From contig OZ220696.1 in the NCBI GenBank assembly GCA_965116495.1, positions 928,001-992,000 on the forward strand: a DNA stretch of 64,000 bases. Direction: 5' to 3'. Position 1 is the stretch's first letter; each line of letters opens with the position of its first letter. The notes under the pieces were generated by a model. That model ran no database searches. It had not been told where the DNA came from and saw only the letters and a list, made by a program, of their open reading frames with translations. Of this stretch, positions 41,766-51,059 are shown piece after piece. The stretch is from Gammaproteobacteria bacterium. Lineage in GTDB: Bacteria > Pseudomonadota > Gammaproteobacteria > Eutrophobiales > Eutrophobiaceae. A program made the position numbers and the translations under genes.

Positions 41766-42060
41766 GGCAAAATTTCGATTGTCCGGTAATTGGTAGCAGA
41801 GATATCAAATGTGTCCCTCAAGGATAATTTTCTTTTGCGGATTAGGCAAATCCAATAATGTCTGCACGGCATTTAATCGGTTACGCGAGACACAAACTAT
41901 GCCCGTTTCGCTATGACCTTCCAGAACGCTTGACTGATGTGTATAAGGTCGGAGCAGTCCAGCCGGACCATATTTAAAATATTTCAGAGAACTCTGCTTG
42001 ACAGAGAATAAATGCATGCTTATACTTCCATATGACAGTTACTTTTGCGGAGGAAAAACC

Positions 42061-42624
42061 ATGAACATAACAAAAGATGATGCTGCAGCGGCATTACGCT
42101 ATGCAGGCCAGGCTGGCGAACACAGCCAGACCCTTTTTAACTACGAGATGGCAAGCCCCTACCTGCTGCTCTGGGGAGTACTGTGGGTCATTGCCGGTAT
42201 AGTCGGTGTTTTCTCGCCACAGCACACCAACATTGCTTGGCTGATAGTCAACACTGTCGGTATTGTCGCCACCGGCTATCTTGTCGCCTGTGACTCGCGG
42301 CGTATACCTAAAGATAGTGAGCGTAGCGAGGGATTACGTTACGGAGCGACTGTTGCCGTATTAACTGCGTTCCTTACCATGACGTTTTTGGTCTTTGCAC
42401 CAGTGTCCGGAGTTGAAGTTCAAACATTCATCACCATACTGATCGCCGCAATTTATATGATCCTGGGCTTGTGGACAGGTTACAGGCTTGCGGTTATTGG
42501 CTTAGTCCTGGCTATCCTGGTGACAAGTGCTTTTTTCTACACCCCGGCCCAGTTTCCGCTGATGGTCTCCATACTCGGCGGTGCGGCGCTAATTTTGGGC
42601 GGTCTGTGGATGCGGAGAGCCTGA
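42061..42624 (+). CDS. Membrane protein (about 6 TM)
   Basis: GGAGG RBS; hydrophobic throughout; adjacent to wHTH regulator. Confidence 0.75.
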   Translation: MNITKDDAAAALRYAGQAGEHSQTLFNYEMASPYLLLWGVLWVIAGIVGVFSPQHTNIAWLIVNTVGIVATGYLVACDSRRIPKDSERSEGLRYGATVAVLTAFLTMTFLVFAPVSGVEVQTFITILIAAIYMILGLWTGYRLAVIGLVLAILVTSAFFYTPAQFPLMVSILGGAALILGGLWMRRA

Positions 42625-42921
42625 TTGAACGCCCCCGACGAAATCATTCACCAGTCGGTGCGTCTCAGGATCATGTCCGCACTGAACGCCTTGCCGCGCA
42701 AGGAATTGCTGGAGTTTGTCCGGCTCAAAGCCGTAACCGAAGCCACGGACGGCAACCTGGGCGCGCACCTGACTACCCTTGAGAAAGCAGGTTATGTGAA
42801 GATCGTCAAGGACTTCGCCGGCAAGAAACCCAGGACCCGGGTCGGGATTACCGCACCGGGACAACAGGCTTTTCAAAATCACGTGTCATACCTGCGTGAA
42901 CTGCTTGAGAGATCAGTATAG
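42625..42921 (+). CDS. Winged-HTH transcriptional regulator
   Basis: IIHQ.VRLRIM, TDGNLG.HL..LE.AGYV..K.F.G.KPRT. Confidence 0.85.
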   Translation: MNAPDEIIHQSVRLRIMSALNALPRKELLEFVRLKAVTEATDGNLGAHLTTLEKAGYVKIVKDFAGKKPRTRVGITAPGQQAFQNHVSYLRELLERSV

Positions 42922-43000
42922 GGTCGGACCAGCCCATTTTGATACAACCTTTTGATAATAAAGATAACATATGTCATCTAGTGGTGCGCTACTACGCTTA
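42914..43000 (+). repeat. 87-bp direct repeat, copy 1
   Basis: cagtatagggtcggaccagccc...actacgctta; 9 mismatches (hand count) to 45342-45428. Confidence 0.85.
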
Positions 43001-43073
43001 GAGATAACAAAGTATTCTTCAAATAATTTGGACTCATTATTCATAACTGATTTTGCGCTTTGCTGAGTACTAG

Positions 43074-43296
43074 GGAACCTCTGATTAAGTCAGAGGTTCC
43101 TACGGTACAGGGATGTGCCGTCAAAATCAATGACTGTAGGTCATTGATTTTGGGAGCAAAACAAAAACCGCATTTTTGTTTTCACTCGCTACATCCTTGT
43201 AGCTCGCCGCAAGGCGGCAACAAGTTGTGCAAATCGGCTATCCTGCCGATTTGTGCGTGCTCTGACAAGTCCCGGACGGACTTGATCAGAGCTTCC
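43074..43296. mobile_element. MITE with CTAG target duplication
   Basis: Ends ggaacctctgattaagtc / gacttgatcagagcttcc; CTAG at 43070-43073 and 43297-43300. Confidence 0.75.
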
Positions 43297-43755
43297 CTAG
43301 ATTATCAATTCATTCAATTCCGGTTTGTTTTCCTTCAACCAGTTTCTGAGAACGCTCAACAGATATTCCGCGTGTGAGATGCATTCATCTACTGCACTTA
43401 CGGGTATGATATCTCCCGAGTAATCAGCTACATTACGCTGCTTTCTTAGCGCGTCCAGCACGATGACTGTTCTATTATCGAGGCTAATCGTCTGAGTAAG
43501 CGACTGTATCATTATCATATGATGCCCTGGTTTATTTGTCAGTGTCCTGTATCCGTTTGCCTGCATGGCAGCATTAGCCAACTGCATAATGGCCTTGTAG
43601 GCGACATCAAACCGGTTTTCGGCACTGATCTCCGTGACATAGGCATCTTTAATATTACGTTCGGCTGCTGAGATTAATCGTTTTATTACAGCCGCATCAG
43701 GGTCGGTTTTGTCAAGCGATATCCCTACCAGATTATCCAAGCCCATGGCCATCAC
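43297..43755 (-). CDS. HEPN-domain protein (toxin partner of MNT)
   Basis: RFDVAYKA, GYR...PGHH, LRKQRN.ADY.G. Confidence 0.75.
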   Translation of the reverse strand: MMAMGLDNLVGISLDKTDPDAAVIKRLISAAERNIKDAYVTEISAENRFDVAYKAIMQLANAAMQANGYRTLTNKPGHHMIMIQSLTQTISLDNRTVIVLDALRKQRNVADYSGDIIPVSAVDECISHAEYLLSVLRNWLKENKPELNELII

Positions 43756-44314
43756 CTATCACATCCATTCTCGGTTTCAACAACAATTCTTCTACAAAAG
43801 TGTTCTTACTTTTTTTCATCAGTATCCATTCTTGCCTGCTATAGATCTTTGGATTGATTTCTCGGCCCAGAGTTTTCTGAACCAGATAAAGCAAACTCAC
43901 CACTTGGGAAAAACTTATGTCTCCGATAATCATTAAATCAATATCACTATCTGCTGTTTCTTCATTACTGGCTACTGAACCGTATATAAATGCCCAGTCA
44001 ATCTGTTCCGACAAGTCGGATAATGCCGAATTGATTGAACCGACGATACCGGAAGTTTTCTTTATTAATCCTGACAATTCCAAATAAATCGGGCAGTCCG
44101 GATTCGCCTGGTAATGATGCTGGTTTCCGATCTTTGTCATTCGAAGAATGCCGGCAGCCCGCATCCGGTCCAGTTCGCGCTTGATTGTGGCTACCCCCAT
44201 CCCTGTCAACCGCAGTATTTCCTTGACGTAGAAGCTTTTATCTGGCTGTGTAAATAACAGGCTCAAAACTTTCTGTTGGGTAACCGTAAAGAGTGCACCG
44301 CTTAATTGACTCAC
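43733..44314 (-). CDS. HTH-nucleotidyltransferase (MNT) antitoxin
   Basis: N-terminal wHTH; IYGSVA...SDIDLMIIG, LGREINP. Confidence 0.85.
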   Translation of the reverse strand: MSQLSGALFTVTQQKVLSLLFTQPDKSFYVKEILRLTGMGVATIKRELDRMRAAGILRMTKIGNQHHYQANPDCPIYLELSGLIKKTSGIVGSINSALSDLSEQIDWAFIYGSVASNEETADSDIDLMIIGDISFSQVVSLLYLVQKTLGREINPKIYSRQEWILMKKSKNTFVEELLLKPRMDVIGDGHGLG

Positions 44315-44329
44315 GATTATCTATACCAA

Positions 44330-44371
44330 TAGTTCATCAATAGTGAACTATAGTTCAATAATAATGAACGA
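44330..44371. promoter_or_regulatory. Two tandem inverted-repeat operators upstream of MNT-HEPN
   Basis: tagttca-N7-tgaacta directly followed by tagttca-N7-tgaacga. Confidence 0.65.
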
Positions 44372-44451
44372 TCAATGAGTACAATAAAATGCCGTTAAAA
44401 GCTTGCTTCCAGCTAATCAGTCTGGTTTTCGATACGCAAGCCCGGCACTTG

Positions 44452-44562
44452 TTAAAATAGTTCTCTTTCCTCACGTTCCGGTTGTTCTCGTTCTGTCATA
44501 AAGTCATCCGAGACTCCCGGCCCGTCAAACCAGTGCTCCCAGCTTTCCTCTGCGGGCGTCAT
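44452..44562 (-). pseudogene. vapB: C-terminal half of a VapB antitoxin
   Basis: Manual translation MTPAEESWEHWFDGPGVSDDFMTEREQPEREERELF; AbrB N-terminus and vapC missing. Confidence 0.7.
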
Positions 44563-44674
44563 GAGATGAGCATTGTTTAACTTTATTATTTTCATTTTTT
44601 TTGGTTTTGTCATAAATGAATTGCCTTTCAGTAATCCAGTATTAATGTATTATTACTGTAGATATTTCAACACA

Positions 44675-45140
44675 ATGAAACTCCGTGTCATTATCCTGTT
44701 CTTCGCCTTAATACTGCAAGTTATTGGCAGTCCATCCATCGCTGTTCCTGAAACACCGCCTAACATCATTCTAATCCTGGCCGATGACCTGGGTTATGGC
44801 GATGTCGGCATCTTCGGGGCTGAACTGGTCAAGACCCCACACCTGGACCACCTGGCAGCAGAGCGAATCACCACATGATGTATTGTATTACTTCAGCGAT
44901 GAGCGAATCGCTGCGCTGCGCACCCCGAACTGGAAGATGCTGGTGCAGGCACGCTATCGCGGTATCGACCGCCGGTTGCCGGCGCACGACGTCCTGTTAT
45001 TGTTCGATATGCGCACAGATCCGCAGGAGCGTTACAGTATAGCGGCACACCGGCCCGGCAAGTGGCAGGAGTTGCAGGCTTACCTGGCACGCGGACAACA
45101 GGAACTGGAAGCATTGGCGCGGAAAACAGGAAAAAACTGA
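44675..45140 (+). pseudogene. Sulfatase remnant with internal deletion and frameshift
   Basis: Signal peptide + [24 protein letters not shown] joined out of frame to ALR..NWK..LFD...DPQE; CxPxR absent. Confidence 0.85.
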
Positions 45141-45141
45141 C

Positions 45142-45341
45142 ATGACAAGTTCAAAACCGCGCGCCCGGGAACTGGGACTGCCCTTGGACGGGATAACCTG
45201 CAGCCACAATGCCATCACCGACGTCCCCGGCGTTTTGGTGGGTTTCACCACGATCAACCGTGATCGTGACTCGTTGGAAGTCGGCGCGGGGCCGGTCCAT
45301 ACCGGTATCACTGCGATCCTGCCGCACGGCAGGAGAGGGTA
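45142..45341 (+). pseudogene. Truncated DmpA/P1 (S58) peptidase
   Basis: PRARELGL..G...NAITDVPGVLVG.TT...TGITAILP, broken at the 87-bp repeat. Confidence 0.8.
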
Positions 45342-45428
45342 CAGTATAGGGTCGGACCAGCCCAGCTTGATACAACCTTTTGATAATAAAGATAAAGCAT
45401 GTCATATAGTGGTGTTGTACTACGCTTA
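45342..45428 (+). repeat. 87-bp direct repeat, copy 2
   Basis: Matches 42914-43000. Confidence 0.85.
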
Positions 45429-45726
45429 AACTGCGTTTTTCGTGCACCAAAACAGGGCTTTAAAGGGACATCAGAAGCTACGCACGTAGCCCACAGCGTA
45501 TCAGGATGATCGTGCCGTCAGACTGGAAGGGGAATCTTAAAACCCCGTTTTTGATGGCAAAAAGGGGGGGTTAAGGGCAAATAAGTGGCGCATATGGCAC
45601 ATAAACTGAATGAAAACAGATAGTTAGGGCGGTCCCACCTTACCCCCCTACCCCCTACCCCCCAGAAGTGGCTCAAGCGTGGGCGGGAGAAACTTGAAAA
45701 TCCGTATCGTTAATGAGGGTTTTACC

Positions 45727-45975
45727 TTGCTAACCAAAATACAGAAATGGGGGAACAGTCAGGGTCTCCGGTTTCCCAGGAATCTTCTGAATGAAGCCCA
45801 AATGAACGTAGGTGATGAAGTGAAAGTTCTAATCCGTAAGGGTCAAATAATTGTAGAACCTGTAACTAAAGTACGAGGTCGCTATGATTTGAAGGAACTG
45901 GTTGCAAAGATGCCGGAAAACTATCGGCATGAGGAAATGGACTGAGGTCCGCCGGTTGGCAAGGAAGTTTGGTAG
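45727..45975 (+). pseudogene. mazE: MazE/AbrB antitoxin with premature stop
   Basis: KIQKWGNSQGLR...YDLKELV; EEMD*GPPVGKEVW with TGA at 45943 where the family has Trp. Confidence 0.75.
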
Positions 45976-46078
45976 ATGCCCGGATATATTCCAAAAAAAG
46001 GAGATTTTGTTATCCTGACGTTCGACCTGCACAGCGGACACGAACAAAAGAGGCGCCGCCCGGCCCTGGTTGCGAGTA
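45976..46078 (+). pseudogene. mazF: N-terminal fragment of MazF/PemK toxin
   Basis: YIPKKGD.V.L.FD..SGHEQ..RRPALV, then breaks. Confidence 0.8.
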
Positions 46079-46229
46079 AATGGTTTTGGTCACCTCGACC
46101 AAGGCGTTCAAAATTCAGGCCGGGATGGCGCGGGTTTTTGCTGAACTGCTCGACAGCCCTGTAGCAACGGTTTTTATCCTTTCGGGTCAAATGCGCTCTA
46201 TGAAAACTACGCGTGTAAAGCAATTTCAT
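46079..46229 (-). pseudogene. N-terminal fragment of a RelE/ParE-like toxin
   Basis: MKLLYTRSF...F..NPRHPGLNFERL, fused convergently to the mazF fragment. Confidence 0.55.
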
Positions 46230-46393
46230 GGCACGCGATCAGTCTAGTCTATCAACGAACAATGCGGAAAACACGGATGACAGACTGTAATATCCGTTTT
46301 CTTTTTGCCTTATACACCTTGCGTTTTACAGCTTTCCTGAATTCCGTCAACGCTTTGTCCAAATCAAGGGGGAGCGACGACGCTCCCTGTTCC

Positions 46394-47335
46394 TCAGTTG
46401 GCCGCATCAGTTGACTCCCAAGGGTCGTTCCGTACTCGGTAAGTGTAGAACCAGTTTTTGATGGAGTCTTCTGCCTGTTGCCAACGCTTTTTTGCCGTTT
46501 CCGAGGTTAAATCCCAAACTTTGACGTAAAACACGCAGGAATAATCCCGAATTTGTCCGTTTTTACCCATCTCCTTGATCGGCCTTGCAGTTTTATCTAA
46601 CTCAAGTAGGGTAATACTGCTGGCTGTTTGTAGTGGCGCTAACGGTAATTTTGCATATTCTTCCGCATAGGTAACAGGTGCTGTTTGTCCACTTTCATCT
46701 ATGGCGCTTCCCGGTGGCGGGTTGCGCAACCTGATGTTCAGGCGCTCGTCGTACACCGCAATGTCCAGCAGATAATTGGGCTTTTCGTAACGCTCGCCGT
46801 TTCGAGTTTCAAGCGTGTACCAACAGGGCGGGTCGATACCTTTTCTGCTATATCGTCCTGCCTGGAGTTGCGTGGTTGTCCCCGGATATTTATCGCATTC
46901 TTTTTTACATTTAGCGGATGGCTCTGGACCTGTAGTATTTGTTTGCGGCCTTGGCCCAGGAGTATCTTGTGAGCCATTGCCACTCCCAACGGTTGTAATA
47001 TCGGTCGGAGGTGTCCCGCTCGGGGTTTTAGATTCTCCATTTGTCGGCTTTGCGAATATGGTAGGTGTTTGCGGTTCTGGTTCAGGAGTATCTTGTAGAC
47101 CATAACCGCTCGCAACGGTCGTAATCTCGTCTGGAGGTGGTGTCCCTCTCAGGGTTTCCGGTTCACTTGGCACCTCTGTGCCTGTGGTCTCTTCTTGACC
47201 ATTTTTCGACGCTTCATTTTTATCAGTTTCAACAGCATACAAAGCCAATAGCAACAGAAATAACAGCAGGATAAAAATTTCTGCGATTGTCAGGCCAAGA
47301 GTCAATCCCCTGCGGTACGGTTTAAGATCGGCCAT
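46394..47335 (-). CDS. Single-pass membrane protein, MotB/ZorB-like position, non-OmpA C-terminal domain
   Basis: TM GLTIAEIFILLLFLLLLAL with an acidic residue; Pro/Thr linker; GIDPPCW...CVFYV domain. Confidence 0.6.
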   Translation of the reverse strand: MADLKPYRRGLTLGLTIAEIFILLLFLLLLALYAVETDKNEASKNGQEETTGTEVPSEPETLRGTPPPDEITTVASGYGLQDTPEPEPQTPTIFAKPTNGESKTPSGTPPTDITTVGSGNGSQDTPGPRPQTNTTGPEPSAKCKKECDKYPGTTTQLQAGRYSRKGIDPPCWYTLETRNGERYEKPNYLLDIAVYDERLNIRLRNPPPGSAIDESGQTAPVTYAEEYAKLPLAPLQTASSITLLELDKTARPIKEMGKNGQIRDYSCVFYVKVWDLTSETAKKRWQQAEDSIKNWFYTYRVRNDPWESTDAAN

Positions 47336-47339
47336 GCGT

Positions 47340-48695
47340 TCAACTGTCGCGCACCACGCGCGTCAGGTCTTCAATAGCCTGAGTCAAAGACATACGAACT
47401 TCTTGTGACATCAATTGCCACTGCTCTGCCTCTTTACGCAATACCACTACCAGATCGTCAAATTGTTGTGTATATTGCGGCATGGTTTCTGTAGCCTTGT
47501 TAAGCGAATCGGAAAATGTTCTGGTTGTATCGGGCAAGGCGACTGCCGCCTGCTTTATTCCGTTCACGGCAGCATCAAGAACCGTCAACGTTTGTTGCAG
47601 ACTGCCTTGCAGCGGGTCAAACCCGGCAGCAAGAGTTTTAGTGTTTCGTGCCGTTGTTTGCAGGTCGTTGACTATATTTTGCAAATCCTGGGTGATTGGA
47701 TTGATGGATTGCCAGTGCTCTGTCACGGCCCGCAGCGCTGTCACCAATTGCTCAAGTTGTTGCGTATATTGCGGCATGATTTTCGACGCTTGAGAAAGAG
47801 AATCCGAAAATGTTATCGCAGTGTCTGGTAAAACTGCCGTGGCCTGCTCTATTTTGGGCATAGCCTTTTCAAGCAGCACTACCACCTGCTCGACTCCGGT
47901 AGTCAGTGAATCGGATTTGGAAGAAAAGGCTTCTGCCTGCCGGGCAGTTATTTGCAGATTATTGACAACATTTTGCAGCGCTGTTGCTGCTTTGCCCAGA
48001 TCTTCAACCATGCTCGCGGACAGTGTTGAGAACATGCGCGCCTGCTCTTCGGCAGCCTCTTTCATTTGCCTGTTTATCTCTGTGCGGGCCTTTTGCGATT
48101 CCTGGGTTGTTTCATTGGTAGACTGTATAACAGCATGGCGAAACACACTCACATCTGCAATTGTTTGCGTCAGTTCTGAACGAAGTTTGAATGAGGAGTC
48201 GGCGAGGCTCTCTCGTGGCCCGCTGAGTTCTAAACGGTCTTCCTTACCCGGCGTGTAGAGCCAACGTCGTCTACGTTGCAACTGCTTTTCGGCATCTTCA
48301 GGTATGTTTTCAGCGCCCTCACGCTGTAACAGCAAAACACGAAACAATATACCGAAAATTGTGGAAATAAGCGCGATACCGAAGCTGCCGATTAATTTCT
48401 CAGTCCGCTCGGCAGCGTTAATCTGCTCGCTATCGAGCATGAATAAGGTTACCAGGGAATAAACAAGAGCTACCAGGGTAAAGAGCAGTCCGAGGTAGTA
48501 AACGTTGTCCGAGTGATATGAGATGGCGCTATCATTTCGAGCCTTGTAGTAATACCAGCACAGGCAAAGGAAACAGATAGATACAGCCCAAGATGATCCG
48601 TGAGCCGGGTTACTAACCAAGCCGCGCACTACACATGACGATACGCCACCGCCTGACAGCAGAATCACAAAAAGGTTCTTGTTGAACCAAGTCAC
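47340..48695 (-). CDS. MotA/TolQ/ExbB (ZorA-like) membrane subunit with long helical tail
   Basis: YYLGLLFTLVAL and FGIALISTIFGILFR TM motifs; GTG start 48695 overlaps upstream TGA. Confidence 0.65.
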   Translation of the reverse strand: MTWFNKNLFVILLSGGGVSSCVVRGLVSNPAHGSSWAVSICFLCLCWYYYKARNDSAISYHSDNVYYLGLLFTLVALVYSLVTLFMLDSEQINAAERTEKLIGSFGIALISTIFGILFRVLLLQREGAENIPEDAEKQLQRRRRWLYTPGKEDRLELSGPRESLADSSFKLRSELTQTIADVSVFRHAVIQSTNETTQESQKARTEINRQMKEAAEEQARMFSTLSASMVEDLGKAATALQNVVNNLQITARQAEAFSSKSDSLTTGVEQVVVLLEKAMPKIEQATAVLPDTAITFSDSLSQASKIMPQYTQQLEQLVTALRAVTEHWQSINPITQDLQNIVNDLQTTARNTKTLAAGFDPLQGSLQQTLTVLDAAVNGIKQAAVALPDTTRTFSDSLNKATETMPQYTQQFDDLVVVLRKEAEQWQLMSQEVRMSLTQAIEDLTRVVRDS

Positions 48696-49480
48696 AGCGG
48701 TGTTTGCCTGACAACGCGACCACCAAAGGCTTCTATTACCTGGGTCCACCAGAAATAGTGTTCTCGAGTTTGTTTATTCTCTAACCCGGGTCTACGCACG
48801 TAGAACATCCAGACATCTACACCGCTGAGGTTACTACTCATTGCAGCATAACCAGGCATTGATTTGAACGTTGCCATATCTGGCAGTGAATTGTAGTGAG
48901 ACAAGAGTTCAGAGTTTTGCAGCATGTCTGAAAACAATAGGATGCGCGTCGGCTTTTGTTGTGCCTCGACGCCTAAATTCGGCACATGGCGGGCAGTTAC
49001 TAATGCGATAGATTCCAGCAAAGGTGACTGCTTGCCTTCAACCTGCTCGTTAAGCCTAGGCAGGGCTCGTATTATCGAATTTTCAAAGCGCCTCCAATTT
49101 TCTCGTGCCTTTTTGGGGCTGCTAAAAAAATCGTCTCTCAAAGTACGATCGTCGGGGTTCCCCGGATTGCAAACCCGCAAAGGCCTGCCAATTTCTGTAA
49201 TTTGGGGCGTCAACTGGTAAACAATCAATTCATGTCCATGTTGTAAGTAATGCTGATTATCAGTATCACGGAACGCTCTGAGCAGATGTTTCAATCTCTC
49301 TTGTGCAACCAGAGTTAGCGTGTCCGTGGTGTCTATCAACAGGATAACCTGCTGTTCACTACCGCTTCTTGGGCAGAGGGTTCGATGGTCAAATTCTTCG
49401 TTCGCATCAACTGCTCCTGATAACAACATTATGATCAAGATACTCGGGAACAAGGGTCGGCAAGTGTGGTGTGTGTTCAT
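48692..49480 (-). CDS. Exported vWA-like protein
   Basis: Signal peptide (..GAVDA); ILLIDTTDT, QSPLLESI, ILLFSDMLQNS. Confidence 0.6.
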   Translation of the reverse strand: MNTHHTCRPLFPSILIIMLLSGAVDANEEFDHRTLCPRSGSEQQVILLIDTTDTLTLVAQERLKHLLRAFRDTDNQHYLQHGHELIVYQLTPQITEIGRPLRVCNPGNPDDRTLRDDFFSSPKKARENWRRFENSIIRALPRLNEQVEGKQSPLLESIALVTARHVPNLGVEAQQKPTRILLFSDMLQNSELLSHYNSLPDMATFKSMPGYAAMSSNLSGVDVWMFYVRRPGLENKQTREHYFWWTQVIEAFGGRVVRQTPL

Positions 49481-50946
49481 AAACTGCCTCGTTCCGGGTC
49501 AACGCTTTCGGACATTACATCTGCGAGTTCTCTGAATTTTTTTCCGGCTGCATCAGCTACTCTGTCAACTTCTGCTCGTGCGTCCTCTGCAGCTTGCACT
49601 ATCTTCTCAACATTGGTTGCATCCTGAGGGGTGAAATCCGGTGGCTGGGTGAGATGTCCGTTAATTGGTGTATCTGTGCCGAAATAAGCTGGGGGTGGTT
49701 CACTACGAGTCTCCAAATTCCGATCCTGATACAACCTCATGAGGCGCGTCTGCTGTGTCGCAAGGGTGGATATCCAGGTTATATAGTTGTTTTGCAAGGT
49801 TTCAGCGCGATTGATCAAGTCAGCGCGTTGCGACCGTATATTAACTGTCTTAACACGCTCATCGGCGACTTTGTCCCTGGCAGCTTTGATTGTCCGGTCA
49901 ATTTTTGTCCCTACCGTTTTAATCAACTCAGTGTATTGTTTGTGGGCCAGATTTCGTTCCACATCACGCTTCATGTATCCCGGACAAGGGTCCAACATGG
50001 AATACCATTTGTAAGTGGAGCCAGCAAAACAACCTATTCCGATGACAATTAGTAAAACAGACAATACTGAGTCTATGCCGAATGGTGAACTTTTGAACCT
50101 GTCCATCGCCTGTATCGTGTAGTCAACAAAACCATAATCGACAGGTTCAGAATCGAAAGTATCCCAATTTATAACGTTCTGCCCCTCGTTCGACTTAACC
50201 TCGGTAAGCGCATCACGATAATGCCCCACGCCAAAATTGAATATCAAAACAAGAAGGAAAAAGGGGACAGAAATAGACGCCAGCCAGCGTAATTTCCATG
50301 AGGTGATATTCTTGTAGCGCCAAAACAACCCAACTATAGCTGCGCCGATCACTACATTGACCGCTGTGATAAGGACCGTCTGACCAAAGGCTGGCAGCCA
50401 ACCTACAAAATCGATCAGCAGGAATGCATTCAGGGCTGCTTCGACTATCAGGATGCTCAACAAAATGATGCCGGACTGCCAAGGACTATAACTGGCGCTC
50501 CGGGTCAAGCGGTTTTCCTGGCGGAATTGTTCGTAGGATTTTTCCGCATCCTGCCACTTGCCTTTTTTTATTATTCCTTCCTGATCGAAGTTATTTATTT
50601 CATCCTCCAACTCCTGTTTCATGTTGTTTTTTACATCATTGATGCCGTTTATTTTCGCTTGAGGTTCCAGAATTTCTTCGAACGGAGTCAAGCGAGCTGA
50701 AAACCCGGTAAAATGCCTGGCCAGTGCCTGGTGGGTCTGTTGTGCGGTTTGTTTTATTTGCTCTACAATGCCGTATTCCAGTTCACTCATGCCTGTTGCT
50801 TGTGCAGCAGGAAGATTTTTCCGGCCGTCTTCAATGCCTTGCTTTGCGATGCGCTTCTTTTCTTCGTCAATATTCACCGTCAGAAAGGTTTCCTGGCTCT
50901 CATCAAAAGCGTTATTTCTCAGGCGTATTGTCGTCATTGGTTTCAT
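49477..50946 (-). CDS. Multi-pass membrane protein with coiled-coil termini (start 50946 or 51006)
   Basis: Long ORF, about 4 TM segments, NFGVGHYRDAL, DP.PGY; ATGA overlap with next gene. Confidence 0.8.
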   Translation of the reverse strand: MKPMTTIRLRNNAFDESQETFLTVNIDEEKKRIAKQGIEDGRKNLPAAQATGMSELEYGIVEQIKQTAQQTHQALARHFTGFSARLTPFEEILEPQAKINGINDVKNNMKQELEDEINNFDQEGIIKKGKWQDAEKSYEQFRQENRLTRSASYSPWQSGIILLSILIVEAALNAFLLIDFVGWLPAFGQTVLITAVNVVIGAAIVGLFWRYKNITSWKLRWLASISVPFFLLVLIFNFGVGHYRDALTEVKSNEGQNVINWDTFDSEPVDYGFVDYTIQAMDRFKSSPFGIDSVLSVLLIVIGIGCFAGSTYKWYSMLDPCPGYMKRDVERNLAHKQYTELIKTVGTKIDRTIKAARDKVADERVKTVNIRSQRADLINRAETLQNNYITWISTLATQQTRLMRLYQDRNLETRSEPPPAYFGTDTPINGHLTQPPDFTPQDATNVEKIVQAAEDARAEVDRVADAAGKKFRELADVMSESVDPERGSL

Positions 50947-51059
50947 CACGTACCAGAATATTGCAAAAAACGCATCATATTCTATCCTGTATTTTTTGCA
51001 AAACACTGACGGACGTTAATCAGTCATTGATTTCCCCACTGCTGTTCCCACTTTTACGG

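Noticed and set aside
45943-45945. TGA recoding (Trp or Sec) in mazE
   Set aside because: Many genes here end in TGA and the partner mazF is broken; a TGG-to-TGA mutation is simpler.
46394-50946. Canonical Zorya type I/II/III or flagellar motAB
   Set aside because: No OmpA domain, no recognisable ZorC/D/E/F/G and no flagellar context.
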